Source: Myxococcota bacterium (lineage in GTDB: Bacteria; Myxococcota_A; UBA9160; UBA6930). From it: a stretch of DNA of 64,000 nt. The stretch lies in assembly GCA_965223415.1 (NCBI GenBank), contig OZ245002.1, forward strand, positions 2,080,001 to 2,144,000, written 5' to 3'. Each line of letters opens with the position of its first letter. The stretch's first letter is position 1. A program made the translations under genes and the position numbers. Below, piece after piece: positions 1 through 9,312 of this stretch. The notes beneath the pieces were generated by a model. That model had not been told where the DNA came from. It did not search any database and saw only the letters and a program-made list of their open reading frames with translations.

Positions 1-1
1 G

Positions 2-361
2 TGCTCATGGTGGAACCCCGACGGTGCGGAGAGCTCCGAGACGTACACGTTGCAACACGAGCAGATCCACTTCGCGATCGTCGAGCTCGAAGCCAGGCGG
101 CTGGACGAGGAGGCGAGGGGGCTCCTCGGGCGGGGGAGCTCGCCCGAGGCCGCCGCGGCCGCCCTCCAGCGCAGCATCAACGCTGCACTCCAAGCTGCCC
201 TGAGCCGAGGACTCAGCCGCAGCACCCGATTCGACGAGGACACCTCGCTCGTTCACGATCCGAGAGCTCAATCGCGATGGAACCAGCGCGTGGTCGAGGA
301 GCTCGGCCAGCTCGACGAGCCAGGGCGGTCCCTGCACGACCCAGCCGCGAGGATCCCATGA
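2..361 (+). CDS. DUF922-like putative Zn-dependent protease domain protein, 5'-partial
   Basis: Frame open from window edge: CSWWNPD...TLQHEQIHFAI (HExxH in DUF922-like context). Confidence 0.6.
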   Translation, partial: CSWWNPDGAESSETYTLQHEQIHFAIVELEARRLDEEARGLLGRGSSPEAAAAALQRSINAALQAALSRGLSRSTRFDEDTSLVHDPRAQSRWNQRVVEELGQLDEPGRSLHDPAARIP

Positions 362-729
362 GCTCCACGACCACCGGGCACGTCCTTCGAGTGTTCATCG
401 TCCTCGCCGTCGCAGCGTGCGCCACCCCGTTGGAGCGGCTGCAACGCACCGAGGCCGTGCCCTTTGCCGAGAGTTGGCTCGACCATCTGGACGCGGGACG
501 GCAGGAGCCGGCGTGGGACGCGACGGCCGACCTTGCGAGGCTCCGGTACGAGAAGGCACGAAGGCTCAAGCTGTGGTTCGGTGCCAGAGGCGCGCTCGGG
601 GAGCGCATCTCGCGGCGCGTCGGTATGCGTCCGGATTCGCCACGGCCTCGACGATCAGGGGGCCGCCCTCTCCCTCCGCCGCGCGCTCCCCGGCGTAGCC
701 GGGCAGATCGCCCGAGTTGGCGCGCGTGA
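358..729 (+). pseudogene. DUF4019-like lipoprotein, C-terminus apparently lost
   Basis: ATGA overlap; lipobox VAAC; AESWLDHLDAG...AW...RGALGERISR resembles DUF4019, followed by a low-complexity non-homologous tail. Confidence 0.45.
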
Positions 730-851
730 CGCGTTCGAGCTTCGAACGCGACATGCCGGGATGCGATCGCACCGCACTCGCGCGGCCTCAGGTTCGCGCC
801 CTGGCCCCCCGATGTCTCGATGGAGTCCTTCTCCCCCATCGAGGTTCCACC

Positions 852-1064
852 ATGCGAGAGATCTGGGCCCCGGTCTGGTTCGCTACGGCACTGTGCGCCA
901 TCGCCCTCATCGCAACCGTCCTGTACAAGTGGGAGCCCGCAGCACCCGCCTTCTTCTCCTTCCTCCCCGTGGTCTTCCTGCAGATGGGCCGCAGCATCCA
1001 GGGCCTCCATCGGCGGATCGAAGACCTCGAGCGCTCCCAGGAGCAGGACGAGCACGGCGTCTAA
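852..1064 (+). CDS. small two-TM hypothetical membrane protein
   Basis: GAGG SD before ATG 852; two hydrophobic segments and a coiled tail. Confidence 0.6.
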   Translation: MREIWAPVWFATALCAIALIATVLYKWEPAAPAFFSFLPVVFLQMGRSIQGLHRRIEDLERSQEQDEHGV

Positions 1065-1102
1065 CCGCAGCCCGGGTACCCTCACGTCGAGGGAGGCCCG
1101 CG

Positions 1103-1392
1103 ATGCCCGCACTCCTCATCGCCGAGATGACGTGGAAGAGCACCGAGTGGCTCCCTGACGATCTCGCCGTGGTCCCTGATCTCGTGAAGAAGCACGGGGC
1201 CGGTACGTGGTACGGACCGGCGAGATCGAGCGGCTCGAAGGGACACGGGACGAGACGGACGGCATCGTCGTCCTCGAGTTTCCCGATCGGGACGCGGCGC
1301 TGGCGTTCATCGACGATCCCGAGTACGAGGGCCCGAAGAAGGCCCGCCTGGCCAATACCCTTTCCGAGACGATTCTCGTACCGCTGAAGTGA
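1103..1392 (+). pseudogene. DUF1330 family protein, frameshifted
   Basis: GGGAGG SD; adding one G to the G-run at 1196-1199 restores HGGRYVVRTGEIERLEG...VVLEFPD...PEY. Confidence 0.75.
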
Positions 1393-1516
1393 AGGCGCAG
1401 GCATGGCCATTCACCGCGGTCTTCGGTCTCGCCAAGGCCGGCGGCCGAATCGCGAACCCCCTGGGCGAGCAGTGGACTCCGTTCGGCCGACGACGTGGTA
1501 GCCTGGGACGCGAGAC

Positions 1517-2047
1517 ATGACGGCGAAGGACGAGCTCCTGACGATCGTTGAGATCAGCGTCGCGCTGATCGGTTTCTCGGGTCTGATCTTCGTGTTCCGG
1601 TCCCGGGACATCACGGAGCTCGAGGTTCGAGACCTCTCCGCGCTAGCCATGATCCTGGGCGCCGGTGGCTTGACGCTCGTGTTCGCGCTGCTGCCGCTGC
1701 CCTTCTCCTACCTCGGCCTGGCGGAGCCCCAGCTCTGGCGTCTCTGCTCCGGGTTGTTTGCTGCCGGGATGCTCGGCGCGGGCACCGCGTTCCTTCTCGT
1801 CAACCGGAGACTGGTAGCCAAGGGTCATGCCGAGCGGACGCCACGTCTCAACCGGCTCACCCTGTTCTCGGCGTTCCTGACGGCGGTCCTTCTCGGACTG
1901 GTCGCGGCGGGAACGTTCCCGGCGGGTCCGGCGGTATACCTGCTGGGACTCGTCGTCTGCATCCTGCATTGCCTCGTCTACGTCGCGTTCATGCTGGTGG
2001 TCGCGCGCCGATTCGACACTCCCCGGCGAGTTGATCGGCATTCGTGA
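1517..2047 (+). CDS. multi-pass hypothetical membrane protein
   Basis: About 5 TM segments; N-terminal LLTIVEISVALIGFSG motif shared with 56951..57451. Confidence 0.75.
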   Translation: MTAKDELLTIVEISVALIGFSGLIFVFRSRDITELEVRDLSALAMILGAGGLTLVFALLPLPFSYLGLAEPQLWRLCSGLFAAGMLGAGTAFLLVNRRLVAKGHAERTPRLNRLTLFSAFLTAVLLGLVAAGTFPAGPAVYLLGLVVCILHCLVYVAFMLVVARRFDTPRRVDRHS

Positions 2048-2088
2048 TACGCTGGGCGCCAGCCACAGGGGCGAGGGAAGGCCGCGCG

Positions 2089-2625
2089 ATGTCAGAGAAC
2101 GGTGACCGACCCGAAGCCGCTCCGGGCACCACACTTGATCCCGCCCAGCAGCTCTACCTGGCACAGAGCCTCCAGTCCGAGCAGAACCTGGTCCTGGCGG
2201 TCGCCGCCGGACTGGCCGCGGCGCTCGTCGGCGCGGCGCTGTGGGCGGGGGTTACGTTGGCATCCGGGTACCAGATCGGCTTCATGGCGGTCGGGGTGGG
2301 CTTTCTCGTGGGGCTCGTCGTACGCGTCGCCGGAAAGGGAATCTCGCCTCCGTTCGGCGTCGTCGGTGCGGTTTGTTCCCTGCTCGGGTGCGCGCTGGGC
2401 AACCTTCTCGCGGTCGTGGCGATCGTCGCCGACAGTGAAGGGGTGCCCTTCGGATCCGTTCTCGGACAGCTGAGCTCCGACGTCATCGCGGAGCTGATGG
2501 TGGCAACCTTCAACCCGATGGACCTGCTCTTCTACGGGATCGCGATCTACGAGGGGTATCGCCTCTCTTTCCGTCAAGTCTCGGCGGAAGAGCTGCAGAC
2601 AAGGCTGGGCGGCCCAGCTGCCTGA
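2089..2625 (+). CDS. hypothetical membrane protein
   Basis: Hydrophobic ORF with GYQIGFMAVGVG and MDLLFYGIAIYEGY segments; SD-like sequence before ATG 2089. Confidence 0.75.
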   Translation: MSENGDRPEAAPGTTLDPAQQLYLAQSLQSEQNLVLAVAAGLAAALVGAALWAGVTLASGYQIGFMAVGVGFLVGLVVRVAGKGISPPFGVVGAVCSLLGCALGNLLAVVAIVADSEGVPFGSVLGQLSSDVIAELMVATFNPMDLLFYGIAIYEGYRLSFRQVSAEELQTRLGGPAA

Positions 2626-2642
2626 AACAGCCGGAGGGATCC

Positions 2643-3026
2643 ATGACGGAAGGGTCTTCCTTCGTTCCGGAGGGCTGGCCGAGGGTCGTCCCGCGAATCG
2701 TCGTCGGGGACCCGCAGGGGCTGGTGCGCTTCGTCCAGGAAGTCTTCGCGGCGAAAGGTGGGTTCAACGCCGATCGTCCGAGCGAGCTCTGGATCGGCGG
2801 CTCGGTGATCATGATCAGCAGTCCGCTCGCTCGGGAGGTGATGACGGCCTTCCTCTACGTCTACGTGGAGGATGTGGACGCCACCTACCGGAAGGCCATC
2901 GCGGCGGGAGCGACGTCCCTCGAGGAGCCCACCGACATGCCCTACGGCGACCGCCGGGCCATGCTGCGAGACCCGTGGGACAACACCTGGCAGATCGCCA
3001 CCCACGGCGGACGCTTCACGCCGTGA
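2643..3026 (+). CDS. VOC/glyoxalase (PhnB-like) protein
   Basis: LYVYVEDVDATYRKAIAAGA...DMPYGDR...DPWDNTW. Confidence 0.85.
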   Translation: MTEGSSFVPEGWPRVVPRIVVGDPQGLVRFVQEVFAAKGGFNADRPSELWIGGSVIMISSPLAREVMTAFLYVYVEDVDATYRKAIAAGATSLEEPTDMPYGDRRAMLRDPWDNTWQIATHGGRFTP

Positions 3027-3775
3027 GTGGAGCGCGCGCCCTGTACGACGAGATCGGCATCGGCTACGTCGAGCATCGCCGGCCGGACCCGCGAATCGCC
3101 GCCGCGATCGACGCGGCGCTGGGAGGGGCGGGCTCGGTGCTCAACGTCGGGGCGGGCACGGGGTCCTACGAGCCGCTGGATCGCCCGGTCGTCGCCGTCG
3201 AACCGTCGATCGCGATGATTCGCCAGCGCGCGCCGCGCAGCGCGCAAGCGATCCGCGCTTCGGCCCCCGAGCTGCCCTTCCCGAACGGTGCCTTCGATGC
3301 CGCACTGTCCGTCCTCACCGTGCACCACTGGCCCGACCGCGTCCGCGGGCTCCGGGAGATGCTGCGCGTCGCACGCAACCGCGTGGTGATCGTCACCTGG
3401 GATCCGGCCACCTACGGGTTCTGGCTCATCGACGACTACTTCCCCGAGATTCGCGAGATCGATCGGCGGGGCCTTCCATCCCTCGACGAGCTGCTCGACG
3501 AGATGGTGGAGCCACGGGTCCTCCCTCTCCCCGTTCCCCATGACTGCACCGACGGTTTCCTGGGCGCCTACTGGCGCCGGCCTCGGGCCTACCTCGATCC
3601 GGGTGTGCGCGGCGCCATCTCGGCGTTCGCGAAGCTCGAAGGGGTGGAGGCTCGTCTCGCGCGACTGCGCCGCGATCTGGACGACGGCAGCTGGGAGCAG
3701 CGGAACGGGCATCTGTCGAGCCGTTCCGAGCTCGACATCGGGTACCGCCTCCTCGTCAGCCGTGGCTCTGGGTGA
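3023..3775 (+). CDS. class I SAM-dependent methyltransferase
   Basis: VLNVGAGTGSYE motif; GTGA overlap start. Confidence 0.85.
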   Translation: MSGARALYDEIGIGYVEHRRPDPRIAAAIDAALGGAGSVLNVGAGTGSYEPLDRPVVAVEPSIAMIRQRAPRSAQAIRASAPELPFPNGAFDAALSVLTVHHWPDRVRGLREMLRVARNRVVIVTWDPATYGFWLIDDYFPEIREIDRRGLPSLDELLDEMVEPRVLPLPVPHDCTDGFLGAYWRRPRAYLDPGVRGAISAFAKLEGVEARLARLRRDLDDGSWEQRNGHLSSRSELDIGYRLLVSRGSG

Positions 3776-4637
3776 TCGGTGGTCCATCCGCCAGGCGTGC
3801 AGCGATCCGCGCCGTCGACGCCACGTCATCCGCGTCGAGGAGCGCGAAGCGTGCGAAGGCCCAGCCCCGGAGTCGCACCTCGTCGATTCCCAGGAGGCCT
3901 GCGAGTCGCGCGACCAGCTCCCGGGGCGCTTCGCTCATCCGCTCGCGGCAATTCAGCAGGTGCTGGGTGGCGTCGTAGCACGGGTCTCCGACGAAGGGCT
4001 TCGGGTCGATGACGAGCCAGGGCTGTCGCTCGGCCGAGAGGACGTTGCCGGCGTGGAGGTCCGTCGCGAGCACGACGTGCTCGCGCTGGGAGCCGGCCAG
4101 CTCCTCGAACGCGGCGAGGCCTTCGCGGATGCGGGCTTCGTCGCTCCAGCCCTCCTCGCGCTCGCGGATCTCCGTGCACCAGGAGTCGATCATGCGAGCC
4201 AACGGCCTGAAGGGACGTGACGGCGGCGGAGGTCTCCACAGCCTGCGAAGCAGGCCCGCCAGGATCTCGTCCTGATCGCGCTCGGGAAGGGTGCGCAGGT
4301 GCCGGCCCGGCCGGCATCGCTCGAGCACCATCGCATGGGCCTCACGATCGGCGTCCACGAGGAGGACGGTCGGGTCTCCGTGCCAGAAGGCGAGTCCGTC
4401 GATCTCGTGCATGGCCTCCATGTGCGGGTAGCCGAGCTTGAGCATCACGTCTCGGCCGTCGGCGGTCGTGGCCGGCGTGACCCAGGCGCAGCTGGCTTCG
4501 CTCTCGACCGGCTCCCCTACGCTGAGAGCCAACCGGGCGGTCAGGGCTTCGATAAGGGAAGGGAGCCCGTCGATCCACGCGGCCCCTTCAGGGGTCGTGC
4601 CGAGGGTCCGGTGGAGGTGGGAGGGAATCGTGGCCAT
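3756..4637 (-). CDS. aminoglycoside/hydroxyurea kinase family (APH(6)-like)
   Basis: VMLKL, DLHAGNVL and WLVIDPKP kinase motifs. Confidence 0.8.
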   Translation of the reverse strand: MATIPSHLHRTLGTTPEGAAWIDGLPSLIEALTARLALSVGEPVESEASCAWVTPATTADGRDVMLKLGYPHMEAMHEIDGLAFWHGDPTVLLVDADREAHAMVLERCRPGRHLRTLPERDQDEILAGLLRRLWRPPPPSRPFRPLARMIDSWCTEIREREEGWSDEARIREGLAAFEELAGSQREHVVLATDLHAGNVLSAERQPWLVIDPKPFVGDPCYDATQHLLNCRERMSEAPRELVARLAGLLGIDEVRLRGWAFARFALLDADDVASTARIAARLADGPPITQSHG

Positions 4638-4720
4638 GGGCTCTCGGGCGAGGGTACCGGGCGCCGCGTGGTAGGATGCGCCCACCCAACGAAGCAGCGC
4701 GTCCCAAGGGAGACATCGAG

Positions 4721-5149
4721 ATGCCCCAATCCGCGATCTTCGGGCCCGTCCTGGCAACGCTGGCCCTCACCTTCGTCGTCTGGATCGTCCTCTTCGCGCG
4801 CCGAATCCCCTTCATCAACGCCAGCGGGGCGACGCCGGAGCAGCTCGCGACGCCCGGCCATCTCGCGGAGATCCAGCCGCCCGAGGTGTCGAACCCGTCG
4901 GACAATTTCAAGAACCTCTTCGAGATCCCGGTCCTGTTCTACGTCCTGGCCGGCTACCTCTTCGCGACGGAGCAGGTGGACGGCCTCCACGTCGCGGCCG
5001 GTTGGGTGTTCTTCGGCTTTCGTGTCCTACACAGCGCGGTCCACTGCACGGTCAACATCGTGATGCTGCGCTTCGTTCTCTACCTGCTCTCGACCCTCGC
5101 CGTCTGGTTCATCGCCGCGCGGGCGATTCTCGGGCACCTGAGTGGGTGA
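4721..5149 (+). CDS. MAPEG family membrane protein
   Basis: SDNFKNLFEIPVLFY...RVLHSAVH. Confidence 0.85.
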   Translation: MPQSAIFGPVLATLALTFVVWIVLFARRIPFINASGATPEQLATPGHLAEIQPPEVSNPSDNFKNLFEIPVLFYVLAGYLFATEQVDGLHVAAGWVFFGFRVLHSAVHCTVNIVMLRFVLYLLSTLAVWFIAARAILGHLSG

Positions 5150-5524
5150 TCAACCGTAGTGCCGAATCTCGATCAGGTGGCGGTTCGGGTCGAACAGGTA
5201 GAGTGACGCGCCGGCGCCCCGGGCGCCGATCTCCTCGCCTGGGCCCTTCCCGTTGCCCACCGCGTGGAAGGAATCGCCGAACTCGACACCGGCTTCCCGG
5301 ACCCGGCGGAACACCTCGTCGAACTCGGCTCGCGGCATGGCGAAGGCCAGGTGCTCGCCGCCCTCGGTGCCCCAGGCCGCGAGCTGGAGTGTGAGATCCG
5401 GCGTCACCCGGAGCACCGAGAAGGGCTCGTTCTCTCCCTCGCCGGCGAGGCCGAGCACCTCGGTGTAGAAGCGCACGCTCTCGTCGCGATCGTTCACTTT
5501 CAGGATCAGGTGGTCGAGCTGCAC
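5150..5524 (-). CDS. VOC family protein
   Basis: LDHLILKV...HLAF...YLFDPNRHLIEI. Confidence 0.85.
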   Translation of the reverse strand: MQLDHLILKVNDRDESVRFYTEVLGLAGEGENEPFSVLRVTPDLTLQLAAWGTEGGEHLAFAMPRAEFDEVFRRVREAGVEFGDSFHAVGNGKGPGEEIGARGAGASLYLFDPNRHLIEIRHYG

Positions 5525-5527
5525 GGC

Positions 5528-6019
5528 TCAGTGGACCTCCCTCAGGCGGCCGGACTCGACCTCGTAGACGAAGCCGCGCACTGCTCCGACGTGGGGGAGA
5601 AACGGGCTCGCGGACAGGTCGGCGACGGAGCGGCGCACGTTCTCCTCGAGATCCCGGAAGGCGCCCAGGGCGAAGGGGAGGCGGACGCCGACCTCCTGGT
5701 GGATGGCCTCGGCGACCTCCCCATCCTCGAAGGACATCATCCCGCAGCCGGTGTGCTGGACGATCATGATCTCCCGGGTGCCGAGCATGCGCTGCGAGAT
5801 CGTGAGCGACCGCACGACGTCGTCGGTGACGATACCCCCGGCGTTGCGGACGACGTGGGCATCGCCCTCCTCGAGGCCGAGCATCGCCGCGGGGTCGATC
5901 CGCGCGTCCATGCACGTCACGATGGCGATCTCCCGGCCGGGGGGGGCCGCGAGCTGGCCCTTCGAGAAGCCGGCGGCGTACTTCACGTTTGCCTGGAGAC
6001 AAGCGTCGATGGCACTCAT
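5528..6019 (-). CDS. beta-class carbonic anhydrase
   Basis: CMDAR, RNAGG and HTGCG Zn-ligand motifs. Confidence 0.9.
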   Translation of the reverse strand: MSAIDACLQANVKYAAGFSKGQLAAPPGREIAIVTCMDARIDPAAMLGLEEGDAHVVRNAGGIVTDDVVRSLTISQRMLGTREIMIVQHTGCGMMSFEDGEVAEAIHQEVGVRLPFALGAFRDLEENVRRSVADLSASPFLPHVGAVRGFVYEVESGRLREVH

Positions 6020-6063
6020 GCGATTTGGGTAGCATCTGAGAGCCCGATCCGGGAGGGAGCCTT

Positions 6064-7227
6064 CTGGTCACGCACCTCCTCTTCGATTTCTTCGGCACCC
6101 TCGTCGGCTACTCGCCGAGCCGGACGGAGCAGGGTTTCGCGCGAACTCACGCGCTCCTACGAGAGGCCGGCGTGGCGCGCGGATACGAGGCGTTCCTCAC
6201 CCTCTGGGTGCAGGCGTCGGAGGATCTCGGGCGTCAGGCGGCACGCGACCACCGGGAGTACTCGATGATCGAGCTGGGCCGGGAGTTCACCCGGCGCGCG
6301 ACGGGAAGGCAGGACGATACGCTGGCCCGGTCGCTCGCAGCGACCTATGTCTCGGAATGGAACCGAGGCGTCTCGTACCTCGAAGGCCTGCCGGCTCTCC
6401 TCGACCGCCTGAGCGAGGAGTTCGTCCTCGCCGTCGTCACCAACAGCCACGATCCGGCGCTTGTGCCCGGTCACCTCGAGCGCATGGGCGTCGCGAATCG
6501 CTTCGAATGGGTGGTCACGTCCGTGGAGCACGGGCGACGAAAGCCCAGCCCCTCGATCTTCAGGCACGTGCTGGACGAAGTGGGCGCGGGAGCCGAGGCG
6601 TGCCTCTTCGTCGGTGACGACTACCATGCCGACTATCAGGGTGCGCGGGCCGCGGGTCTTGGGGCCCTCCTGATCGATCCGGACGCGCACGCGTCGGTTC
6701 CGCCCGACGCCCGCCTCGATTCGATCTTGGAGCTGGGCGGCCTGATACCTCCAGAGGGAGAACGACGATGCTTCGCGGTTCGTGCGCATGCGGGAAGGTT
6801 CGCTACGAGCTCCGCGGTGAGCTGGTCGGGCCCGTCGGTCACTGCCACTGCTGGCAGTGCCGGAAGCACTCCGGAGCCAGCTTCGGGACGACGAGTGCGA
6901 TCAAGGCGGAGGAGCTTCGCTTCGTGGAAGGGGAGGAGCGGCTCTCGAGCTGGGAATCGAGTCCCGGCACGACGGCGGCTGTCGCGCGGATTCGCGCGGT
7001 GGGCCGCGGCGAGATCAGCGAGGACTCCTACCGGCTCTTCGAGGGGGGATCGCGCCCGGAGCTCGACGCGAAGCTCACCGGACACGACGCGAACCTGCTG
7101 GAGCTTCCCGTTCTGTTCTACGCCGTGGGTCTCGGCATCTTCGCCGCCGGGCGGGTCGACGCCGTGTTCGTCGGGCTGTGCAGGGCCTACGTCGCGGTCC
7201 GCTTCGTCCACGCGACGGTGCACCTGA
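6064..7227 (+). CDS. HAD-family hydrolase, probable CTG start; reading frame runs on past the domain end (~6760)
   Basis: Motif I LFDFFGTL just after CTG 6064 with GGGAGG SD; VTNS, KP and FVGDD motifs; no stop until 7227. Confidence 0.65.
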   Translation: MVTHLLFDFFGTLVGYSPSRTEQGFARTHALLREAGVARGYEAFLTLWVQASEDLGRQAARDHREYSMIELGREFTRRATGRQDDTLARSLAATYVSEWNRGVSYLEGLPALLDRLSEEFVLAVVTNSHDPALVPGHLERMGVANRFEWVVTSVEHGRRKPSPSIFRHVLDEVGAGAEACLFVGDDYHADYQGARAAGLGALLIDPDAHASVPPDARLDSILELGGLIPPEGERRCFAVRAHAGRFATSSAVSWSGPSVTATAGSAGSTPEPASGRRVRSRRRSFASWKGRSGSRAGNRVPARRRLSRGFARWAAARSARTPTGSSRGDRARSSTRSSPDTTRTCWSFPFCSTPWVSASSPPGGSTPCSSGCAGPTSRSASSTRRCT

Positions 7228-7334
7228 CCGGAAATCGCCCGGCGCACCGGGCCGCGGTGTTCGGCACCGGCGTGATCCTGCTCGTGGTGATCTGGGTCCG
7301 CCTCCTCATCCTCCTGTCCGGCGGCGGGAGCTGA
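6768..7334 (+). pseudogene. chimeric GFA(N-terminal)::MAPEG(C-terminal) ORF
   Basis: GSCACG...CHCWQCRK GFA half ends at ESSPGT (~6970), then MAPEG-like NLLELPVLFY...RFVHATVH. Confidence 0.7.
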
Positions 7335-7335
7335 G

Positions 7336-7662
7336 GTGGTTGCCAAGGACACGGACGAACTGGTCCTGGAGGTGGCGGTCCTCCAGGTACGCCCCGGCGA
7401 AGCGGAGCGCTTCGAGGAGGCCTTCTGCGAGGCCCAGGAGATCCTCGCCTCTGCGGGCGGGTACCGGGGCCACGAGCTGCGCAGCTGCGTGGGGGCGGCG
7501 AACCGCTACCTGCTGCTCGTCTGGTGGGACGACCTCGAATCGCACACCGAGGGCTTTCGCGGCTCTCCTGACTACGAGCGTTGGAAGGACCTGCTCCACC
7601 GGTTCTACGATCCGTTCCCGCAGGTCGAACACTACCGCTCGCGCTTTCGGAGGACGCCATGA
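7336..7662 (+). CDS. antibiotic biosynthesis monooxygenase (ABM) family protein
   Basis: LEVAVLQV...YLLLVWW...HTEGFRGS...LHRFYDPFPQVEHY. Confidence 0.85.
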   Translation: MVAKDTDELVLEVAVLQVRPGEAERFEEAFCEAQEILASAGGYRGHELRSCVGAANRYLLLVWWDDLESHTEGFRGSPDYERWKDLLHRFYDPFPQVEHYRSRFRRTP

Positions 7663-8021
7663 TCGAGACCCACGGCCTGACGCACATCAGCCTGTCCGTC
7701 GAAGACCCCGACCGTTCGCTCGCCTTCTACCAGGCCCTGTTCGGGGTTCGCGAGTGCCACCGCGAGGAGAACAGCATCCAGGTGCAGGGCCCCGGACCCC
7801 ACGACATCCTGGTGTTCGAGCGGCGCGCCAGCCACGGCCAGCCCGGCGGCATCGACCACTTCGGTTTTCGGCTCCGGGATCCGGGCCAGATCGGCGAGGC
7901 GGTCCGCCAGGCCGAGGCGGCCGGCGCGAAGATCCTCCGTCACGGGGAGTTCGAGCCGGGCATGCCCTACCTCTACTTGGAGGACCCGGACGGCTACGTC
8001 ATCGAGATCTGGTACGAGTAG
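7659..8021 (+). CDS. VOC family protein
   Basis: GLTHISLSV...IDHFGF...DPDGYVIEI; ATGA overlap. Confidence 0.85.
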   Translation: MIETHGLTHISLSVEDPDRSLAFYQALFGVRECHREENSIQVQGPGPHDILVFERRASHGQPGGIDHFGFRLRDPGQIGEAVRQAEAAGAKILRHGEFEPGMPYLYLEDPDGYVIEIWYE

Positions 8022-8564
8022 TCAGACCGGCTCGAGGGGCTCCGGCGGCCCATCCGGAAGGGCGACGTGGATCGGATGCCCCGCCTTCACGTCGCCGCCG
8101 GCGACGACGATCGCCATCACGCCGGCCTTTCGCACGAGTCGGCCCCCGGCATTCCGATCGAGGGTGGCGGCCATCAGCCCGGGCGCGATCTCGTCGAGCT
8201 GGGCGCAGGGGTTGCGCAAGCCCGTCACCTCGACGACGGCGTCCTCGCCGAGGCGCAGGCGCGTGCCGCGGGGGAGGGCGAGCAGGTCGAGGCCGCGGGT
8301 CGTGACGTTCTCGCCCAGGAGGCCGGGCGCCACCTCGAAGCCGGCGGCGCGCAGCTCGAGCAGGAGCTCCTCGTGCAGGAGGTGCACCTGGCGAAGGTTC
8401 GGCTGGGTGGGGTCGCGAGCCACCCGCGAGCGATGCCGGACGGTGAAACCGAAGTGGGCGTCGCCCTCGACGCCCCGGCCCCGGGCGAGTCGGATGCCGA
8501 CCCGGATGGGCTTGTCCACTCCGTGGCTCGCGCTGCTGCTCACCGAGACGACGAAGGCACTCAC
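8022..8564 (-). CDS. MOSC domain protein
   Basis: GVEGDAH, RQVHL, GENVTT and TGLRNPC motifs. Confidence 0.85.
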   Translation of the reverse strand: MSAFVVSVSSSASHGVDKPIRVGIRLARGRGVEGDAHFGFTVRHRSRVARDPTQPNLRQVHLLHEELLLELRAAGFEVAPGLLGENVTTRGLDLLALPRGTRLRLGEDAVVEVTGLRNPCAQLDEIAPGLMAATLDRNAGGRLVRKAGVMAIVVAGGDVKAGHPIHVALPDGPPEPLEPV

Positions 8565-8681
8565 GCACGCGAGTGTAGGGAACCCGCGTGATACGATGGC
8601 GGCATGGCGGCACCGCCGGGGAGCTGACAACAGCTGGAGCGCCGGGCACCGGAGCTGGCCCGGGCTGCTCGGCGCCTGGTC

Positions 8682-8794
8682 TGGCGGGATCGTCCCCGAC
8701 ACCGCGAGGCCCAGGAGGCCGGACGCGATCGCTTCTACGAGGGGTACCTCTCCACGTGGTCGACCCGGTCCGGGAGAGCTCCTTCCGCCGCTGA
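8682..8794 (+). pseudogene. remnant of an ABM-family gene (C-terminal part, frameshifted)
   Basis: [22 protein letters not shown], then a frame change to [14 protein letters not shown]. Confidence 0.55.
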
Positions 8795-8823
8795 GGGTGG
8801 TACGATTTCGGCGAGGAGGCCCG

Positions 8824-9312
8824 ATGAACGAGCTCGAGGAGATCGCCCCCGCCTTCGTGGAGATGGCGCACCAGATCGTCTGGTGCAGCGCCGCCACGGT
8901 CGATCGGGAGGGTCGCCCGCGCTCCCGGGTGCTCCATCCGATCTGGGACTGGGACGGCCGCGAGCTGGTCGGCTGGATCGGCACCGGGCCGACCCCGACC
9001 AAGCGTGCCCACCTGGAGAAGAGCCCTCACCTGTCCCTCAACTACTGGGCCCCGACCCAGGACACCTGTGTCGCCGAGTGCCGGGCGAGCTGGGCCTTCG
9101 ACCACGAGACGCGCACGCGGGTCTGGGACCTGCTGAAGAACGCGCCATCTCCCGTGGGCTACGACCCGGCCATCATCCCCGGCTGGGACGATCCCACCTG
9201 CGACGCCTTCGCCGCGCTGCGGCTCGAGCCCTGGCGCTTGCGGGTCTTTCCTGGGACGGTGCTGATCGGCCAGGGCGGAGACGTCCTCACCTGGCAGGAG
9301 GGCGGCCGCTGA
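8824..9312 (+). CDS. pyridoxamine 5'-phosphate oxidase family protein
   Basis: [18 protein letters not shown]...KRAHL; GAGGAGG SD. Confidence 0.85.
   Translation: MNELEEIAPAFVEMAHQIVWCSAATVDREGRPRSRVLHPIWDWDGRELVGWIGTGPTPTKRAHLEKSPHLSLNYWAPTQDTCVAECRASWAFDHETRTRVWDLLKNAPSPVGYDPAIIPGWDDPTCDAFAALRLEPWRLRVFPGTVLIGQGGDVLTWQEGGR

Noticed and set aside
730..750. 9-bp hairpin cgcgttcga-gct-tcgaacgcg
   Set aside because: Short, single, no U-tract; plausible by chance or a weak terminator
1059..1100. GTCTAAC at a stop codon resembling an attC R'' box
   Set aside because: No matching GTTRRRY end or attC-like fold, and not repeated after other genes
1408..1490. Fragment FTAVFGLAKAGGRIANPLGEQ resembling a citrate-synthase C-terminus
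   Set aside because: Too short and degenerate to support without a search
3756..4637. APH(6)-like kinase as an acquired resistance gene
   Set aside because: Broad environmental family, no adjacent mobile element, substrate unknown
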